A model generated the notes under the pieces. It searched no databases. It was not told the DNA's origin and saw only the letters and a program-made list of their open reading frames with translations. Of a DNA stretch of 64,000 nucleotides, positions 47,284 to 58,058 are shown in pieces. How positions within the stretch are numbered: the stretch's first letter is position 1; each line of letters begins with the position of its first letter. The stretch lies in NCBI GenBank assembly GCA_963796105.1, contig CAWCKJ010000003.1, forward strand, positions 112,567 to 176,566, read 5' to 3'. Made by a program: the position numbers and the translations under genes. Source of the DNA: a candidate division FCPU426 bacterium. Lineage in GTDB: Bacteria; Oederibacteriota; Muellerivitia; Muellerivitales; Muellerivitaceae.

Positions 47284-49956
47284 ATGGATATGGAACAGGA
47301 AAATGAAAATAATTTACCGTCGGCTTATAACCCCGCGGAGGTGGAAAACCGTTGGTACTCCCTGTGGGAAAGCTCCGGCGATTTCACGGCATCCACCACT
47401 TCCGAGAAACCAGCCTTTTGTTTGGTGATTCCTCCTCCCAACGTGACGGGAAGCCTTCACATGGGGCACGCTTTGAATGAAACCCTTCAGGACCTGATCG
47501 CGCGTTTCAAACGCATGAATGGTTTTAACGTTCTTTGGCTTCCTGGGTGCGACCACGCGGGAATTGCAACCCAGAATGTCGTGGAAAAGGAATTGAAAAA
47601 AGAGGGCAAGACTCGACACGACCTTGGCCGTGAGGCCTTCGTGAAACGTGTATGGGATTGGAAAGCGAAATACGGCGCGACCATCATGCGCCAATTAAGA
47701 AAACTCGGCTCATCCTGCGACTGGACCCGGGAGCGTTTTACGATGGATGAGGGCCTCTCAAAGGCCGTGCGAAAAGTATTCATATCCCTTTTTAACGAAA
47801 AGTTAATTTACCAGGACTATTACCTGATTAATTGGTGCCCCAGGTGCCAAACGGCTCTTTCCGATATCGAGGTGGAACACAAAACCACTCAAGGCAATTT
47901 TTACCATATCCGTTATCCCCTTGTTCAGAATCCTAGCGAGGGATTGGAAGTGGCCACCACCAGGCCCGAGACCCTTCTGGGCGATACGGCGGTGGCGGTT
48001 CATCCTGAGGATGAGCGTTACTTAGAATTGGCGGGTCAATTCGTCATTCTTCCGCTGGTCAAACGCCAGATACCCATTATCAAGGACGCCTATGTTGACA
48101 GGGAATTCGGAACCGGTGTGGTTAAAATCACTCCCGCGCACGACTTCAACGATTTTCAGGTAGGAAATCGCCATAAGCTCGAGCGGATCAATATCCTGAA
48201 TCCGGATGGAACTTTGAGCAAAGCCGCCGGCGCCTACCAGGGTTTGGATCGGTTTGAGGCCCGAAAAATGGTATTGAAGGATTTGGAAACTCAAGGCCTT
48301 CTTCTGAAAACCGTGCCCCATGAACATAACGTGGGCCATTGCTACCGATGCGGAACGGTGGTGGAACCCTATTACTCCAAGCAATGGTTTGTCCGGATGA
48401 AGCCATTGGCCGAGAAGGCGCTGGAGGCAGTGGCAGAGGGCAAAACCAAGTTTGTACCTGAGATATGGCGCGTCGAATATGAGCGATGGCTGGGACAGAT
48501 TCATGATTGGTGCATCAGCCGCCAGATCTGGTGGGGCCACCGAATCCCGGTTTATACCTGCAAGCAATGCAATACCCAGGTCGCCGCGGAAGAAACCCCA
48601 AATAACTGTCCAAGAGGTCATGCCGGGCCCATGGAACAGGATCCGGATGTCTTGGACACTTGGTTCTCATCCGGCCTTTGGCCCTTTTCCGCTTTGGGCT
48701 GGCCTGAAAAAACCAAGGATTTGGAAATTTTTTATCCCACTTCGGTTTTGGTGACTTCCTGGGACATCCTGACCTTCTGGGTGGCCAGAATGATGATGAT
48801 GGGCTTGAAATTTATGGGAGATGTGCCCTTCCGGGAGGTTTATATCTACTCCCTCGTGGCGGACGCTGAAGGCAAGAAGATGAGCAAATCCACGGGAAAC
48901 GTGGTGGACCCGCTTGGCTTGATCGAGCAGTACGGCACCGACGCCCTGCGTTTTACTTTGACCAGTATCGAGACGAAGCAGAGGTATGTTTCCTTGACCC
49001 CTCAAAAACTCGAATCATCCAGGAATTTCGCCAACAAACTTTACAACGCCGCTCGCTTTGTCCTGATGGGATTGGCGGACGGCACAGAAGTAAAATCTTT
49101 AACAAGAGAGGATTTTCAGAATTTGAAATTAGAGGACAAGTGGATTTTGACGCGCTTGGCCCAGGTCATTCGGGAAGTAAGCGGGGATTACGAAAAATAC
49201 CGGGTGGCCGAGCTTTCTCAGACACTTTACCGTTTTCTCTGGAACGAGGTTTGCGATTGGTACCTGGAAGCAGTGAAACCCAGGCTTTATCTTGATCCCA
49301 AGTCGGAGGAGAAGAAGTTAGCCGCCTCGGTGACGGTCACGGTTTTGGACGCGGTTCTCCGGCTTTTACATCCGATCATGCCTTTTGTGACCGAGGAATT
49401 GTGGCACAAGCTCCCAGGGAAGACCCGAAGTATCATGAAGGCATCCTGGCCCGTAGCCTCCGACTATCACGAGAACGAAACGGCCGTCAAGGATTTCGAA
49501 TTCCTTCAGGAAGTGATCACGGTAATCAGAACCAGCCGAAGCGAATTAAATATTCCTCCGGGGGCGATGGTGAAGGTGGATGTCCTGGGGAATAAAGAAA
49601 TCCAAGAAAAAATCATTTCCGGGTTATCACTCATTAAATTTTTAGCCCGGGTTGGGGAAATTGGCCCAACTTCAAACCGGCCGATTGTTCCCGCCGCGGT
49701 CGCCAAAATTAAAGATTGTGAAATTTTTGTCCTGCTTGAAAGTTATGTGGATTTGAACAAGGAGATTTCAAAGATAAAAAATGAGATTGAAAAACAATCG
49801 AACTACATCAAGTCTATTGAGGCTAAACTCTCCAACGAGCAGTTCGTTAAAAAAGCGCCAGCGGGGATGGTGGAGGCCGAAAAAAACAAGATCGACTTGG
49901 CCCGAACAAGGATTGAACATTTTGAGGTGAATCTGCGGCAGATAAACGGGGCATAA
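47284..49956 (+). CDS. valS: valine--tRNA ligase
   Basis: HIGH motif PPPNVTGSLHMGHA, KMSKS motif, editing domain, anticodon-binding domain and a C-terminal coiled coil. 890 aa. Confidence 0.95.
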   Translation: MDMEQENENNLPSAYNPAEVENRWYSLWESSGDFTASTTSEKPAFCLVIPPPNVTGSLHMGHALNETLQDLIARFKRMNGFNVLWLPGCDHAGIATQNVVEKELKKEGKTRHDLGREAFVKRVWDWKAKYGATIMRQLRKLGSSCDWTRERFTMDEGLSKAVRKVFISLFNEKLIYQDYYLINWCPRCQTALSDIEVEHKTTQGNFYHIRYPLVQNPSEGLEVATTRPETLLGDTAVAVHPEDERYLELAGQFVILPLVKRQIPIIKDAYVDREFGTGVVKITPAHDFNDFQVGNRHKLERINILNPDGTLSKAAGAYQGLDRFEARKMVLKDLETQGLLLKTVPHEHNVGHCYRCGTVVEPYYSKQWFVRMKPLAEKALEAVAEGKTKFVPEIWRVEYERWLGQIHDWCISRQIWWGHRIPVYTCKQCNTQVAAEETPNNCPRGHAGPMEQDPDVLDTWFSSGLWPFSALGWPEKTKDLEIFYPTSVLVTSWDILTFWVARMMMMGLKFMGDVPFREVYIYSLVADAEGKKMSKSTGNVVDPLGLIEQYGTDALRFTLTSIETKQRYVSLTPQKLESSRNFANKLYNAARFVLMGLADGTEVKSLTREDFQNLKLEDKWILTRLAQVIREVSGDYEKYRVAELSQTLYRFLWNEVCDWYLEAVKPRLYLDPKSEEKKLAASVTVTVLDAVLRLLHPIMPFVTEELWHKLPGKTRSIMKASWPVASDYHENETAVKDFEFLQEVITVIRTSRSELNIPPGAMVKVDVLGNKEIQEKIISGLSLIKFLARVGEIGPTSNRPIVPAAVAKIKDCEIFVLLESYVDLNKEISKIKNEIEKQSNYIKSIEAKLSNEQFVKKAPAGMVEAEKNKIDLARTRIEHFEVNLRQINGA

Positions 49957-49957
49957 T

Positions 49958-50821
49958 TTGATCAATGAAAAAATCAAAAAACCGATTGCCTTGGATTTGA
50001 AATCCGTTAGAAACCTCCTGCTGGACACCCTGCGTGAGGATGGGGCTTGGAATGATCGGACGACCAAAGCCGTTATTCCCCAGAGCCTCAGGGCTAAAGG
50101 AGAGGTCCTGGCCAAGGAATCAGGAATCCTAGCGGGACTTCCGATCATGGCGGAAATTTACAGGATCCTGGATAAAAGGTGCCGGTTGAAACCTCTTTGC
50201 CAGGAAGGGACAAGGTTCCGGCGAGGACAAAAGGTGGCCATTCTCAAGGGCCCGGCATGCTCCCTCCTTTCAGGGGAGAGGAGCGGGCTGAATCTTTTAA
50301 GCCGCTTATCGGGCGTGGCGACTTTGACCAGGAAGATGAGGGGAATCCTGGGCGTCGACAAGCTTTTTGATACCCGCAAAACCACGCCTCTTTGGAGAGT
50401 GCTGGAACGCTACGCCGTGAGTGTGGGTGGCGGAAACAACCACCGGTTCAACCTAGCGGGCCATGTTCTTTTGAAGGATAACCACTTGAGGCTTGGAGGG
50501 GGTGTTTACAACTGCGTCAAAAGCGCCCGGAAAAAGTACGGCCCCAAGGAATTCATCGAGGTGGAAGTGGAGGATTTTGAAGGCGCAGCGGAAGCCTTGA
50601 GGGCGGGAGCCGACATCATCCTAGTGGATAACTCTTCCCTGGCCCTTCTTAAAAAAATACAAGTGTTGGTCAAGGCAAAGATGGAAATCGAAGTGTCAGG
50701 CGGTTTGCGCAGGGACAATATCTTCCGATATAAATTTTTGAAAGTGGACCGGTTTTCCTCGGGAGCCTTGACCCATTCAGCAAAAGCGGTCGATTTTTCA
50801 ATCGAGCTTTATCCCCTTTGA
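49958..50821 (+). CDS. nadC: nicotinate-nucleotide pyrophosphorylase (quinolinate phosphoribosyltransferase)
   Basis: Typical NadC length and blocks (..RTT...RVLERYAV.VGGG.NHR..L...LLKDNH.., ..EVEV.....A..AGADIILVDN). Confidence 0.8.
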   Translation: MINEKIKKPIALDLKSVRNLLLDTLREDGAWNDRTTKAVIPQSLRAKGEVLAKESGILAGLPIMAEIYRILDKRCRLKPLCQEGTRFRRGQKVAILKGPACSLLSGERSGLNLLSRLSGVATLTRKMRGILGVDKLFDTRKTTPLWRVLERYAVSVGGGNNHRFNLAGHVLLKDNHLRLGGGVYNCVKSARKKYGPKEFIEVEVEDFEGAAEALRAGADIILVDNSSLALLKKIQVLVKAKMEIEVSGGLRRDNIFRYKFLKVDRFSSGALTHSAKAVDFSIELYPL

Positions 50822-51642
50822 GATCCCCGAAAGGAAAGCCTGCTTCATTGACCCCCGAAGCACTCCGGAGGGGCTTGAAGACCGCCTCTTTCGGCAAGAT
50901 CCTTTTCTGCTTTGACAAGCTGTCTTCTACGAACGATCTGGCGCTGGAATTGGCGCGGGGAGGCGCCGAGGAGGGAACCCTCATCGTCGCGGAGGCCCAG
51001 ACCAAGGGGAGGGGCCGCCAAGGCAGGAAGTGGGTTTCCACGCCGGGAAAGTCCATCACATTTTCCCTCATTTTGAGGCCGAACCTCCTGGCGGATGAGA
51101 TGCCTGAAATCACTCTGGCCGCGGCCGTGGCCGTCGCGAGAACCCTTGAGAAGTGGAATTTCAAACCAACCATCAAATGGCCTAATGATATTCAAATCGC
51201 GGGCCGGAAAGTCTGCGGCATTTTGACCGAAATGGGATCGAAAAAAGATAAAATGGGCCTTGCCGCGGTGCTTGGAATCGGTTTGAACCTGAATCAAACA
51301 CCCGATGATTTTCCCGAGGAGATCCGGCGGACCGGCGCAAGCCTCCTGGGCCTGAAGGGCAGGAACATTCCGAGAGTCCGATTTTTCCAGGACCTTCTTT
51401 TGCGGCTCGAGGAAGCCTATGCCTGGGTGAGGGAAAGAAGATTCACCAAAGTTCTTTTTGAATGGAGGAAAAGGGCGTCCACCCTCGGTAAACAGGTCAA
51501 AGTTCATCAAGCGCACCGTGTTTTCTACGGCCAGGTCCTTGATGTTGACGAAAAAGGCGCATTGCTGGTCAGGAACGATTTGGGAATGCTGGAAAGGGTC
51601 ACATCCGGCGACGTGGAAATCCTGTCGTTGAGGAAAAGATAG
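50818..51642 (+). CDS. birA: biotin--[acetyl-CoA-carboxylase] ligase
   Basis: BirA signature GRGRQGRKW and a C-terminal SH3-like domain. No N-terminal HTH is evident, so a group I ligase. Overlaps the nadC stop. Confidence 0.8.
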   Translation: MRSPKGKPASLTPEALRRGLKTASFGKILFCFDKLSSTNDLALELARGGAEEGTLIVAEAQTKGRGRQGRKWVSTPGKSITFSLILRPNLLADEMPEITLAAAVAVARTLEKWNFKPTIKWPNDIQIAGRKVCGILTEMGSKKDKMGLAAVLGIGLNLNQTPDDFPEEIRRTGASLLGLKGRNIPRVRFFQDLLLRLEEAYAWVRERRFTKVLFEWRKRASTLGKQVKVHQAHRVFYGQVLDVDEKGALLVRNDLGMLERVTSGDVEILSLRKR

Positions 51643-51650
51643 GAGATTTT

Positions 51651-52403
51651 ATGTTCTGGTCCGTGGACATCGGGAACAGCCGCGCCGTGTCCGGCTATAT
51701 GAGGGGCATTCATCCGGTCCGAAAAACCTTTGTCGAAACCAGCCGCCTTCGGACCCTTTCTGGAGCCCTCCGGTGGGCTAAAGGGCTTCAAAAAAAAGGG
51801 CCGGGAGAGGGCTTTATCATCGCGAGTGTGGTTCCGGCCGTTGATGGAATGGTCCGCATGGCCGTTGAAAAGGCATCGGGCCAAGCCCCGTTTTTCGTGA
51901 ATCCCCTTAGGAATCCCGGAATATCTATTCATTACCGGAAACCCAGGGAGGTTGGTGCCGATCGAATCGTCAACAGCATAGCCGCCAAGAAAATCTTCGG
52001 TGCGCCAGTGATTGTCGTGGATTACGGGACCGCTACGACTTTCGATGTCGTGGACGGCGGGGGAGCCTATCGGGGGGGCGTCATATGGCCAGGAATAGGC
52101 ATGTCATTGAAAGCTCTCCACCAGCAAACCGCGAAACTGCCCCTTGTGACCTTCGCCAAGACCCGAAGCGCGGTTGGGACGACAACTAAGGATGGAATCA
52201 GGTCCGGACTATATTTAGGGACTTTAGGAGCGACTCGGGAAATTTTATCCAGAATACGGAAACAACTCGGATCGACTGCTCCTGCAGTCGCCACAGGCGG
52301 TTTTTGCCGATTGTTCGAGGGAACCGGATTATATTCCAGGATTGAGCCGGATTTGACTTTGAAGGGTCTAGCCATGATTTGGAATGAAAGATTCGGGGTT
52401 TAG
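51651..52403 (+). CDS. coaX: type III pantothenate kinase
   Basis: MFWSVDIGNS (ASKHA fold N-terminus) and ..IVVDYGTATTFDVV..GG.I.PG... Sits in the conserved birA-coaX pair. Confidence 0.85.
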   Translation: MFWSVDIGNSRAVSGYMRGIHPVRKTFVETSRLRTLSGALRWAKGLQKKGPGEGFIIASVVPAVDGMVRMAVEKASGQAPFFVNPLRNPGISIHYRKPREVGADRIVNSIAAKKIFGAPVIVVDYGTATTFDVVDGGGAYRGGVIWPGIGMSLKALHQQTAKLPLVTFAKTRSAVGTTTKDGIRSGLYLGTLGATREILSRIRKQLGSTAPAVATGGFCRLFEGTGLYSRIEPDLTLKGLAMIWNERFGV

Positions 52404-52688
52404 AAGCCTGCATCCTTAATGAGAGAGAAGAACTTTAGGCATAAATTGTAAGCACTGAAAAAGTCTGCGATATACCGACTTTTTCAGAAATCATTGAAAA
52501 TAATCTCATGATTTTCTGTCCAACTTGGTTTGAAATCTGATAAAGATAACTGGGCGAGAAAATCCTGGGATCAAAACCTCTCTTGGAAGCTTTATTTTAG
52601 TTTTTCAGAGGTTTTAAGTTTATGTGTCGGCCGTCTAAAAAAAGAAAACTTAGGGGCATACAAGCCGTCCCCGAATCGAGCGTGATTC

Positions 52689-55049
52689 GTGCCAAGTATC
52701 GAGGAAGTCGCGGCGGAGGAAGAATTACGCCTGAGGGAGGAATCCCTCGAAAGACGGCGGAAATTTTCCATTTTCGCAGGAACGTTTTTATTGTTCGGCG
52801 GCTGGTTCTACTTCGCAAAAGGCTGGATGAACAGGGGAAGTTTTTTAATCCTAATTTCCTACCTTTTCTTGCTTCATGCGATGGGGCTAAAAAAATATTT
52901 CGAGAAATGGTCCCGTGGAAATTTGCTGTCCGCCGCTCCGGTTGCGGCTGGCCTGCTCGCACTCTATGAAACAACCCATATCTCACGTTTTTATTGGGGG
53001 AAAGACCCATCCTTTTGGCTCGCCGTCCACGCTGGCGCCGTGGGCGATCCCTTTTGGTCCCCTTTGCCGGTCCTTTTCGGCCAAGCCCTTTGTTTCCTGT
53101 TTCCGACCCGGACATTCACGCTTCTTCCCGTCGCGTCCGCCTTAGTTCTTTCTCTCGCCTCGATCATGGCCCTTGGGGAGTTATTCTGGCAATTGAAATC
53201 GCAAAGCATGATCAACAAGGTGATCGCAAGCCTCCTTTGCATGGCCGTCGGATTCAGCCGCCCATGGTGGGACGCGGGAACAATCGGATCTGGGATGGTC
53301 GCGTCCCTGGGGCTTGTTCTTTTCCTGACCCAAAGGAATCTTCTCAACACGGAGGAAAAACCATGGGACTGCCTTTGGATGATCCTGGGGTTACTTTTCA
53401 GCGTGCATCCCCTTTGGGGCTTGTTGGGTCTTTTCAACCACCTGATCCAGGTGGACCTTCAGGCGAAGGACTTTAAAGTCTCTTGGAGCCCCTTGGCCCT
53501 GGGACTCACTCCCTACCTTTGGGTGTATTTCCGCGCCGGAACCTTTTTCCCGTCCTGGGGCGGAAATCACCCGTTTTATTATTTCGTTAAGGAATGGCGG
53601 AGTCTTTGGGATTGGCACCGAGGCACGGATTGGGATCCCCTGAACGCGGCCGCGAGTTTCGGTGTAACCCTGGGCGTCTTATTCCTTTTTTTGGTCATTT
53701 TATGGATTTTAAACCTCCTGAAATGGAAAGTTGGCAACCCCAAAATGATCAGAGCCTCAGAGGTATGGATGTGTATTTTCGCCGCCATTTTGTCCTGGAT
53801 TTCCTCATCCTCCTCCTCGGCGCAAGCGGGGCCCACCGCCGTTTGGCTGCCAATGGGATTGGGATGCCTCCTGCTTTCATTCATCGAAAAAGGGATGGAG
53901 AGGAAACAAACGTCTTTTCTTTCCGGGACCCGCTTAGCCGCCGCGAGCGCTCTGATCCTGCTTTTATCCATCGGCCTAGCCTTTCTTCCCGGCCAGTATT
54001 TTTTTCGGTCGCAAATGACTTTTGCCGAGCAGCACGCGCTGAATCTCCTGAGGGCTTTGAATGAGAAATCCATCCTTGTTTTCCAGGATCCCTTTGAGGC
54101 GGCGGCCTGCCGGGAGACGCGCCTCATGGATCCTCTACAGACCAAGGCCGTTTTTTTGGATGAACGATACTTGGACCGGCGTTGGTACATGGCCCAATGC
54201 ATTAAAAGCCATCCGGAAGTGATTTTCTCCTCCATTCAAGGTTCCCCTGAGGAGGTCGTGAAAAACCTGGCGGAAAATAACCTTCCGGAATGGGACATCC
54301 AATGGTCCCGTTCCAGGATGCCGGATGGTTGGAAGGGCCCGGGAACTTTCCCCACAGTATTAACCCAGGAGTTCACCGGAACGGATCTTGGCACCCAACC
54401 CCCCGGGAATATCCAATTTCGCTATGACCTGACCTCGCTTCCGGACCTGGAAAACAGGTTTTCCGATCCCGCTAACCGGTACATTAGAAGATACTCGGAG
54501 GGTTTCAATGAGCTGGGCTTGGCAATGATGGTTTTGGGGCAGTACTCAGCCGCCATACGTTCCTTTGAAAGGTCGGCCCATTTGAACCCGGGCGACCCGG
54601 AACCCCGGAAATCCCTTTTCGGAATATTCGCCCAGCAAAACATCATGGAGGCTGCCCGCCTGGATTTCGAGAAAACCATCAAGGAGCATCCGGCCCGGAT
54701 CGAGGGTTTGATGCGCCAATTGGAACAAACGAAGAACAACCAGGATGAGGTTCAAACTGTCCTCTTGCTCGATCAAATGATCAAGCTGAACCAGGAACTA
54801 TCCGACGCGCAATTCCATTTGGCGATGATCTATGAAAAACAAGGCAACATATCCGAGTCGAAATCTCTCTTGGAATCCTCCGTGAAATTAAACCCACAAC
54901 GATTGGATGCCCAGTTGACTCTTGGACATTTAATGGCCAAGTTGGGGAACCGCATCAAGGCAGAGGAGGCTTTTAGGTCCGTTCTCGGCTTGGATCCACA
55001 GAATAAAGAGGCCCAAAAGGAACTTTGGAAACTCTTGAACCAACCGTAA
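52689..55049 (+). CDS. DUF2723-like polytopic membrane protein with C-terminal TPR repeats (paralog of 14478..16583)
   Basis: Multi-TM N-terminal half with ..LAVHAGAVGDPFWSPLP.., analogous to the DUF2723 HxxGYPLY region. C-terminal TPR repeats. The start is uncertain. Confidence 0.5.
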   Translation: MPSIEEVAAEEELRLREESLERRRKFSIFAGTFLLFGGWFYFAKGWMNRGSFLILISYLFLLHAMGLKKYFEKWSRGNLLSAAPVAAGLLALYETTHISRFYWGKDPSFWLAVHAGAVGDPFWSPLPVLFGQALCFLFPTRTFTLLPVASALVLSLASIMALGELFWQLKSQSMINKVIASLLCMAVGFSRPWWDAGTIGSGMVASLGLVLFLTQRNLLNTEEKPWDCLWMILGLLFSVHPLWGLLGLFNHLIQVDLQAKDFKVSWSPLALGLTPYLWVYFRAGTFFPSWGGNHPFYYFVKEWRSLWDWHRGTDWDPLNAAASFGVTLGVLFLFLVILWILNLLKWKVGNPKMIRASEVWMCIFAAILSWISSSSSSAQAGPTAVWLPMGLGCLLLSFIEKGMERKQTSFLSGTRLAAASALILLLSIGLAFLPGQYFFRSQMTFAEQHALNLLRALNEKSILVFQDPFEAAACRETRLMDPLQTKAVFLDERYLDRRWYMAQCIKSHPEVIFSSIQGSPEEVVKNLAENNLPEWDIQWSRSRMPDGWKGPGTFPTVLTQEFTGTDLGTQPPGNIQFRYDLTSLPDLENRFSDPANRYIRRYSEGFNELGLAMMVLGQYSAAIRSFERSAHLNPGDPEPRKSLFGIFAQQNIMEAARLDFEKTIKEHPARIEGLMRQLEQTKNNQDEVQTVLLLDQMIKLNQELSDAQFHLAMIYEKQGNISESKSLLESSVKLNPQRLDAQLTLGHLMAKLGNRIKAEEAFRSVLGLDPQNKEAQKELWKLLNQP

Positions 55050-55245
55050 CGCAAATTGAGTCCAAAGAACGCCCGAACAATGTACTTTTCCCCCCGCTTG
55101 AGTTGAACAGCCGCCTCGGCTGGTCATTGCCTTTTTCATGGATTTTTTACCGGGCCGGAAAAACGTTAAAATATTGGGCTTTTCCAATATGAGTATTGCT
55201 ATAATAGTTTCACTTAACGCTTGGTTGTTTTAAACGGGAGCTGGA

Positions 55246-57549
55246 ATGGATCTGCAAGAAATCCTTAATTCCATGGTGAATAAAAAGGCTTCAGACGTCC
55301 ATTTGAAGGCGGGCGCCCCCCCTCTTTTCCGCATTGACGGCGATTTAATCCCCCAAAGTGAAACCATTCTTTCCGCGCAGGAATTGGCGGAAGTCGCGTC
55401 TTATTTGATGGATGAGAAGCAGCAAAAACTGTTTTTCGAGGACCACCACGAGGTCGACCTGGCTTACGCCGTGGAGGGTTTGGCCCGTTTCAGGACGAAC
55501 GCCATGTGGCAGAGGGGTCTTCCGGAAATCATCATGCGGGTTATTCCCCAGATCGTCCCGCGGATTGAGGACATCAACATGCCGACCTCGGTGTTGAAGC
55601 AAATCGCCATGGAACCCCGAGGGTTGGTCCTGGTCACGGGAATAACGGGTTCAGGGAAATCAACCACCCTCGCGGCCCTCATCCACGAGATCAACGTGAA
55701 CCGCTCCGCCCATATCGTGACCGTTGAAGATCCCATCGAGTTTGTCCACCAGGACGCCAAATCCAGCATGACTCAAAGGGAGGTGGGACTAGACACTGAA
55801 AACTTTAAAACGGCCTTGAAATTCGTGTTGCGGCAGGACCCCGATGTCATACTTATCGGGGAAATGCGCGACGTGGAGACGGTCCAGGCCGCCATTACGG
55901 CCGCAGAAACCGGCCATTTGGTGTTTTCCACCCTGCATACTATGGATACCATTCAAACGATAGAGAGAATTTTGGACTTTTTCCCGCCCGATCAGCAAAA
56001 CCAAATGAGGATCCAGTTATCCAATACCTTGCGAGCCGTTATCTCTCAACGCTTGGTTTCTAAGGCCGACGGCGCCGGTGTCGTTCCAGCCTGTGAAATC
56101 ATGGTCGTGACACCCACCATCAAATCCCTTATCGCCGATGATAAAATCAGCTCGATTCGCGGTTATATCGCGGAGGGTCATAGCCAATATGGAATGCAGA
56201 CTTTCGACCAATCCTTGATCGAACTGGTTCGAAAGGGCTTCATTACCCGGGAAAGCGCCATGGAACAGGCCACGTCCCCCAGCGAAATTGATCTTGGGTT
56301 GAAGGGGATTTCATCCTCCAAGGCCTCCGCCCAGTCCTTGATTTCACAAATGGAGACTTCTCAACAAAAAGAGCGGGTTTCCGGCTGGCTAAAGCGGGCG
56401 CAGGATCTTTATGAAAGAAGGCGCAATGACGAGGCAAAAGCGGAGCTAAAACGCATTCTGCAGGAAATGCCGGAACATAAGGAGGCGAACGCGCTGATGG
56501 CCCGTTTGCGTGAAATGGAGGACAAAACCGACAAGAAAAAAGACGCCTCATCCTCGGTTAAAACCGCTCTTCAATTGTACCGGGAAGGCAAGTTCCAGGC
56601 CGCTATCCTGGAATTTCAAAAAGCCTTGGAAATAGACCCGGGAAACAAGCAGGCCGAAGCTTATATCCGCTCCATTCAAACCGAAATGGACAACCGCGTT
56701 CGCGCGAGGGAGTTTGTCCAGGCTGGGATGCAGAAACAACAGCAAAATGACATGGTGTCCGCCCTGAGCCAATTGGAACAAGCGCTCATTTTGGATCCTG
56801 ATAATGAGCAGGCGCAGGTGCTGCAAAAGGACATTAAAAACACTCTTCAAAAGGACCAAGCCAGGGAAAAAGCCAAGGAACAAAACCAAATCGCCATTGA
56901 TTTATACAAGGCGGGTGATTTACTGGGCGCTCTAGTCGCATGGAATAAGGCCTATGAGCTGAATTCCGAGCTGGAAGAAGTCTCGCGCTATTTGCAGCAG
57001 GGGATCGCCAAACTTCTGTCCTTCGGGGTGGAAGGGCTTGAGGGAAATCCGGAAACCCAGAACATCCTAGCGCTCTTTGAGCAGGGAGTTCGGAGTTACG
57101 TGCGAAGCGATTTCCAGACCGCGATTGAGTTTTTTAAAAAAGCCCTCGCCAAGGCCGACGGCAACGCCTATTTAAACGCCTACCTGCAAAAGTCCCTGCA
57201 GATGGAGGAACAGCAAGTCGAAGAATTGTTCCATGAGGGTTTAAAGGCCCAGGAGTCGGGCGACTTGGCCGCGGCGCTAAAAGAGTACAATAAGATCTTG
57301 AGGCTCTCGCCGGGGCACCCGGAAACCGTGAAACAACTCGGCGTCTTAAAAGCGACGATTCAGCAGAAAACCGAGGCTTTGTACACCGAGGGTAAAGTTT
57401 ATTTCGACCAGAATGACATGGATAAGGCCGTTCGTATTTGGGAAAAAATACTTTACCTCGATCCTTCCAATGAACGCGCTAAAAAGAAAATTGAAGAAGC
57501 AAAAATCAAAAAAAGCACCTTATCCGGTATCTTTTCAAAGATAAACTAG
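55246..57549 (+). CDS. pilT: type IV pilus retraction ATPase PilT fused to a C-terminal TPR-repeat domain
   Basis: Residues 1 to about 350 form a complete PilT: Walker A GITGSGKSTTLAAL, Asp box, Walker B DVILIGEMRD, His box TLHT, and PilT-specific AIRNLIRE-like region. These are followed by about 400 aa of TPR repeats. Confidence 0.8.
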   Translation: MDLQEILNSMVNKKASDVHLKAGAPPLFRIDGDLIPQSETILSAQELAEVASYLMDEKQQKLFFEDHHEVDLAYAVEGLARFRTNAMWQRGLPEIIMRVIPQIVPRIEDINMPTSVLKQIAMEPRGLVLVTGITGSGKSTTLAALIHEINVNRSAHIVTVEDPIEFVHQDAKSSMTQREVGLDTENFKTALKFVLRQDPDVILIGEMRDVETVQAAITAAETGHLVFSTLHTMDTIQTIERILDFFPPDQQNQMRIQLSNTLRAVISQRLVSKADGAGVVPACEIMVVTPTIKSLIADDKISSIRGYIAEGHSQYGMQTFDQSLIELVRKGFITRESAMEQATSPSEIDLGLKGISSSKASAQSLISQMETSQQKERVSGWLKRAQDLYERRRNDEAKAELKRILQEMPEHKEANALMARLREMEDKTDKKKDASSSVKTALQLYREGKFQAAILEFQKALEIDPGNKQAEAYIRSIQTEMDNRVRAREFVQAGMQKQQQNDMVSALSQLEQALILDPDNEQAQVLQKDIKNTLQKDQAREKAKEQNQIAIDLYKAGDLLGALVAWNKAYELNSELEEVSRYLQQGIAKLLSFGVEGLEGNPETQNILALFEQGVRSYVRSDFQTAIEFFKKALAKADGNAYLNAYLQKSLQMEEQQVEELFHEGLKAQESGDLAAALKEYNKILRLSPGHPETVKQLGVLKATIQQKTEALYTEGKVYFDQNDMDKAVRIWEKILYLDPSNERAKKKIEEAKIKKSTLSGIFSKIN

Positions 57550-57659
57550 ATTCCCTTTTTTGCTTGACGTTTTTGCCACAAACAGTTGTTTTCTTTTCAA
57601 GCGTCCATTAAGTTACTGGTGACGCGCAAGCTACAAGAGGGGAATTAAAAGGAATTAAA

Positions 57660-58058
57660 ATGAAAAAATTGATCATAGGCATCTTGATATTAATCGGCTT
57701 CTTTTTTATGGCCCTTAATACATCCATGCTCGCTGACCAGGCGTTGAAATGGGTGCAGGAAAATCCCAAGGATCCGCATGCTCCTAAAGTCCTATATGAA
57801 GCTGCCCGTTGGTGCGACATCATGGGCGACAATAAAAAAGCTTTGGAGGTTTATTGGGATCTTTACCAACAATATCCCGGCAGTTCCTCCCTCTGCGCCG
57901 CGTCTCTCTATTACAGCGCTCAAATCCAGGTGGATACGAGTGTTTCGAAAAAACTCGCGGATCCTTTTTTGAAGATTATATTAGACCAGTATTTTAGCGA
58001 GACTGAGTGGGTGGAAAAAGCCAGAAAGTTACAGGACGAGGTGAATTATGTTCGCTGA
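57660..58058 (+). CDS. small secreted protein with a single TPR-like repeat
   Basis: Signal peptide MKKLIIGILILIGFFFMALN. Helical TPR-like core. Confidence 0.4.
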   Translation: MKKLIIGILILIGFFFMALNTSMLADQALKWVQENPKDPHAPKVLYEAARWCDIMGDNKKALEVYWDLYQQYPGSSSLCAASLYYSAQIQVDTSVSKKLADPFLKIILDQYFSETEWVEKARKLQDEVNYVR

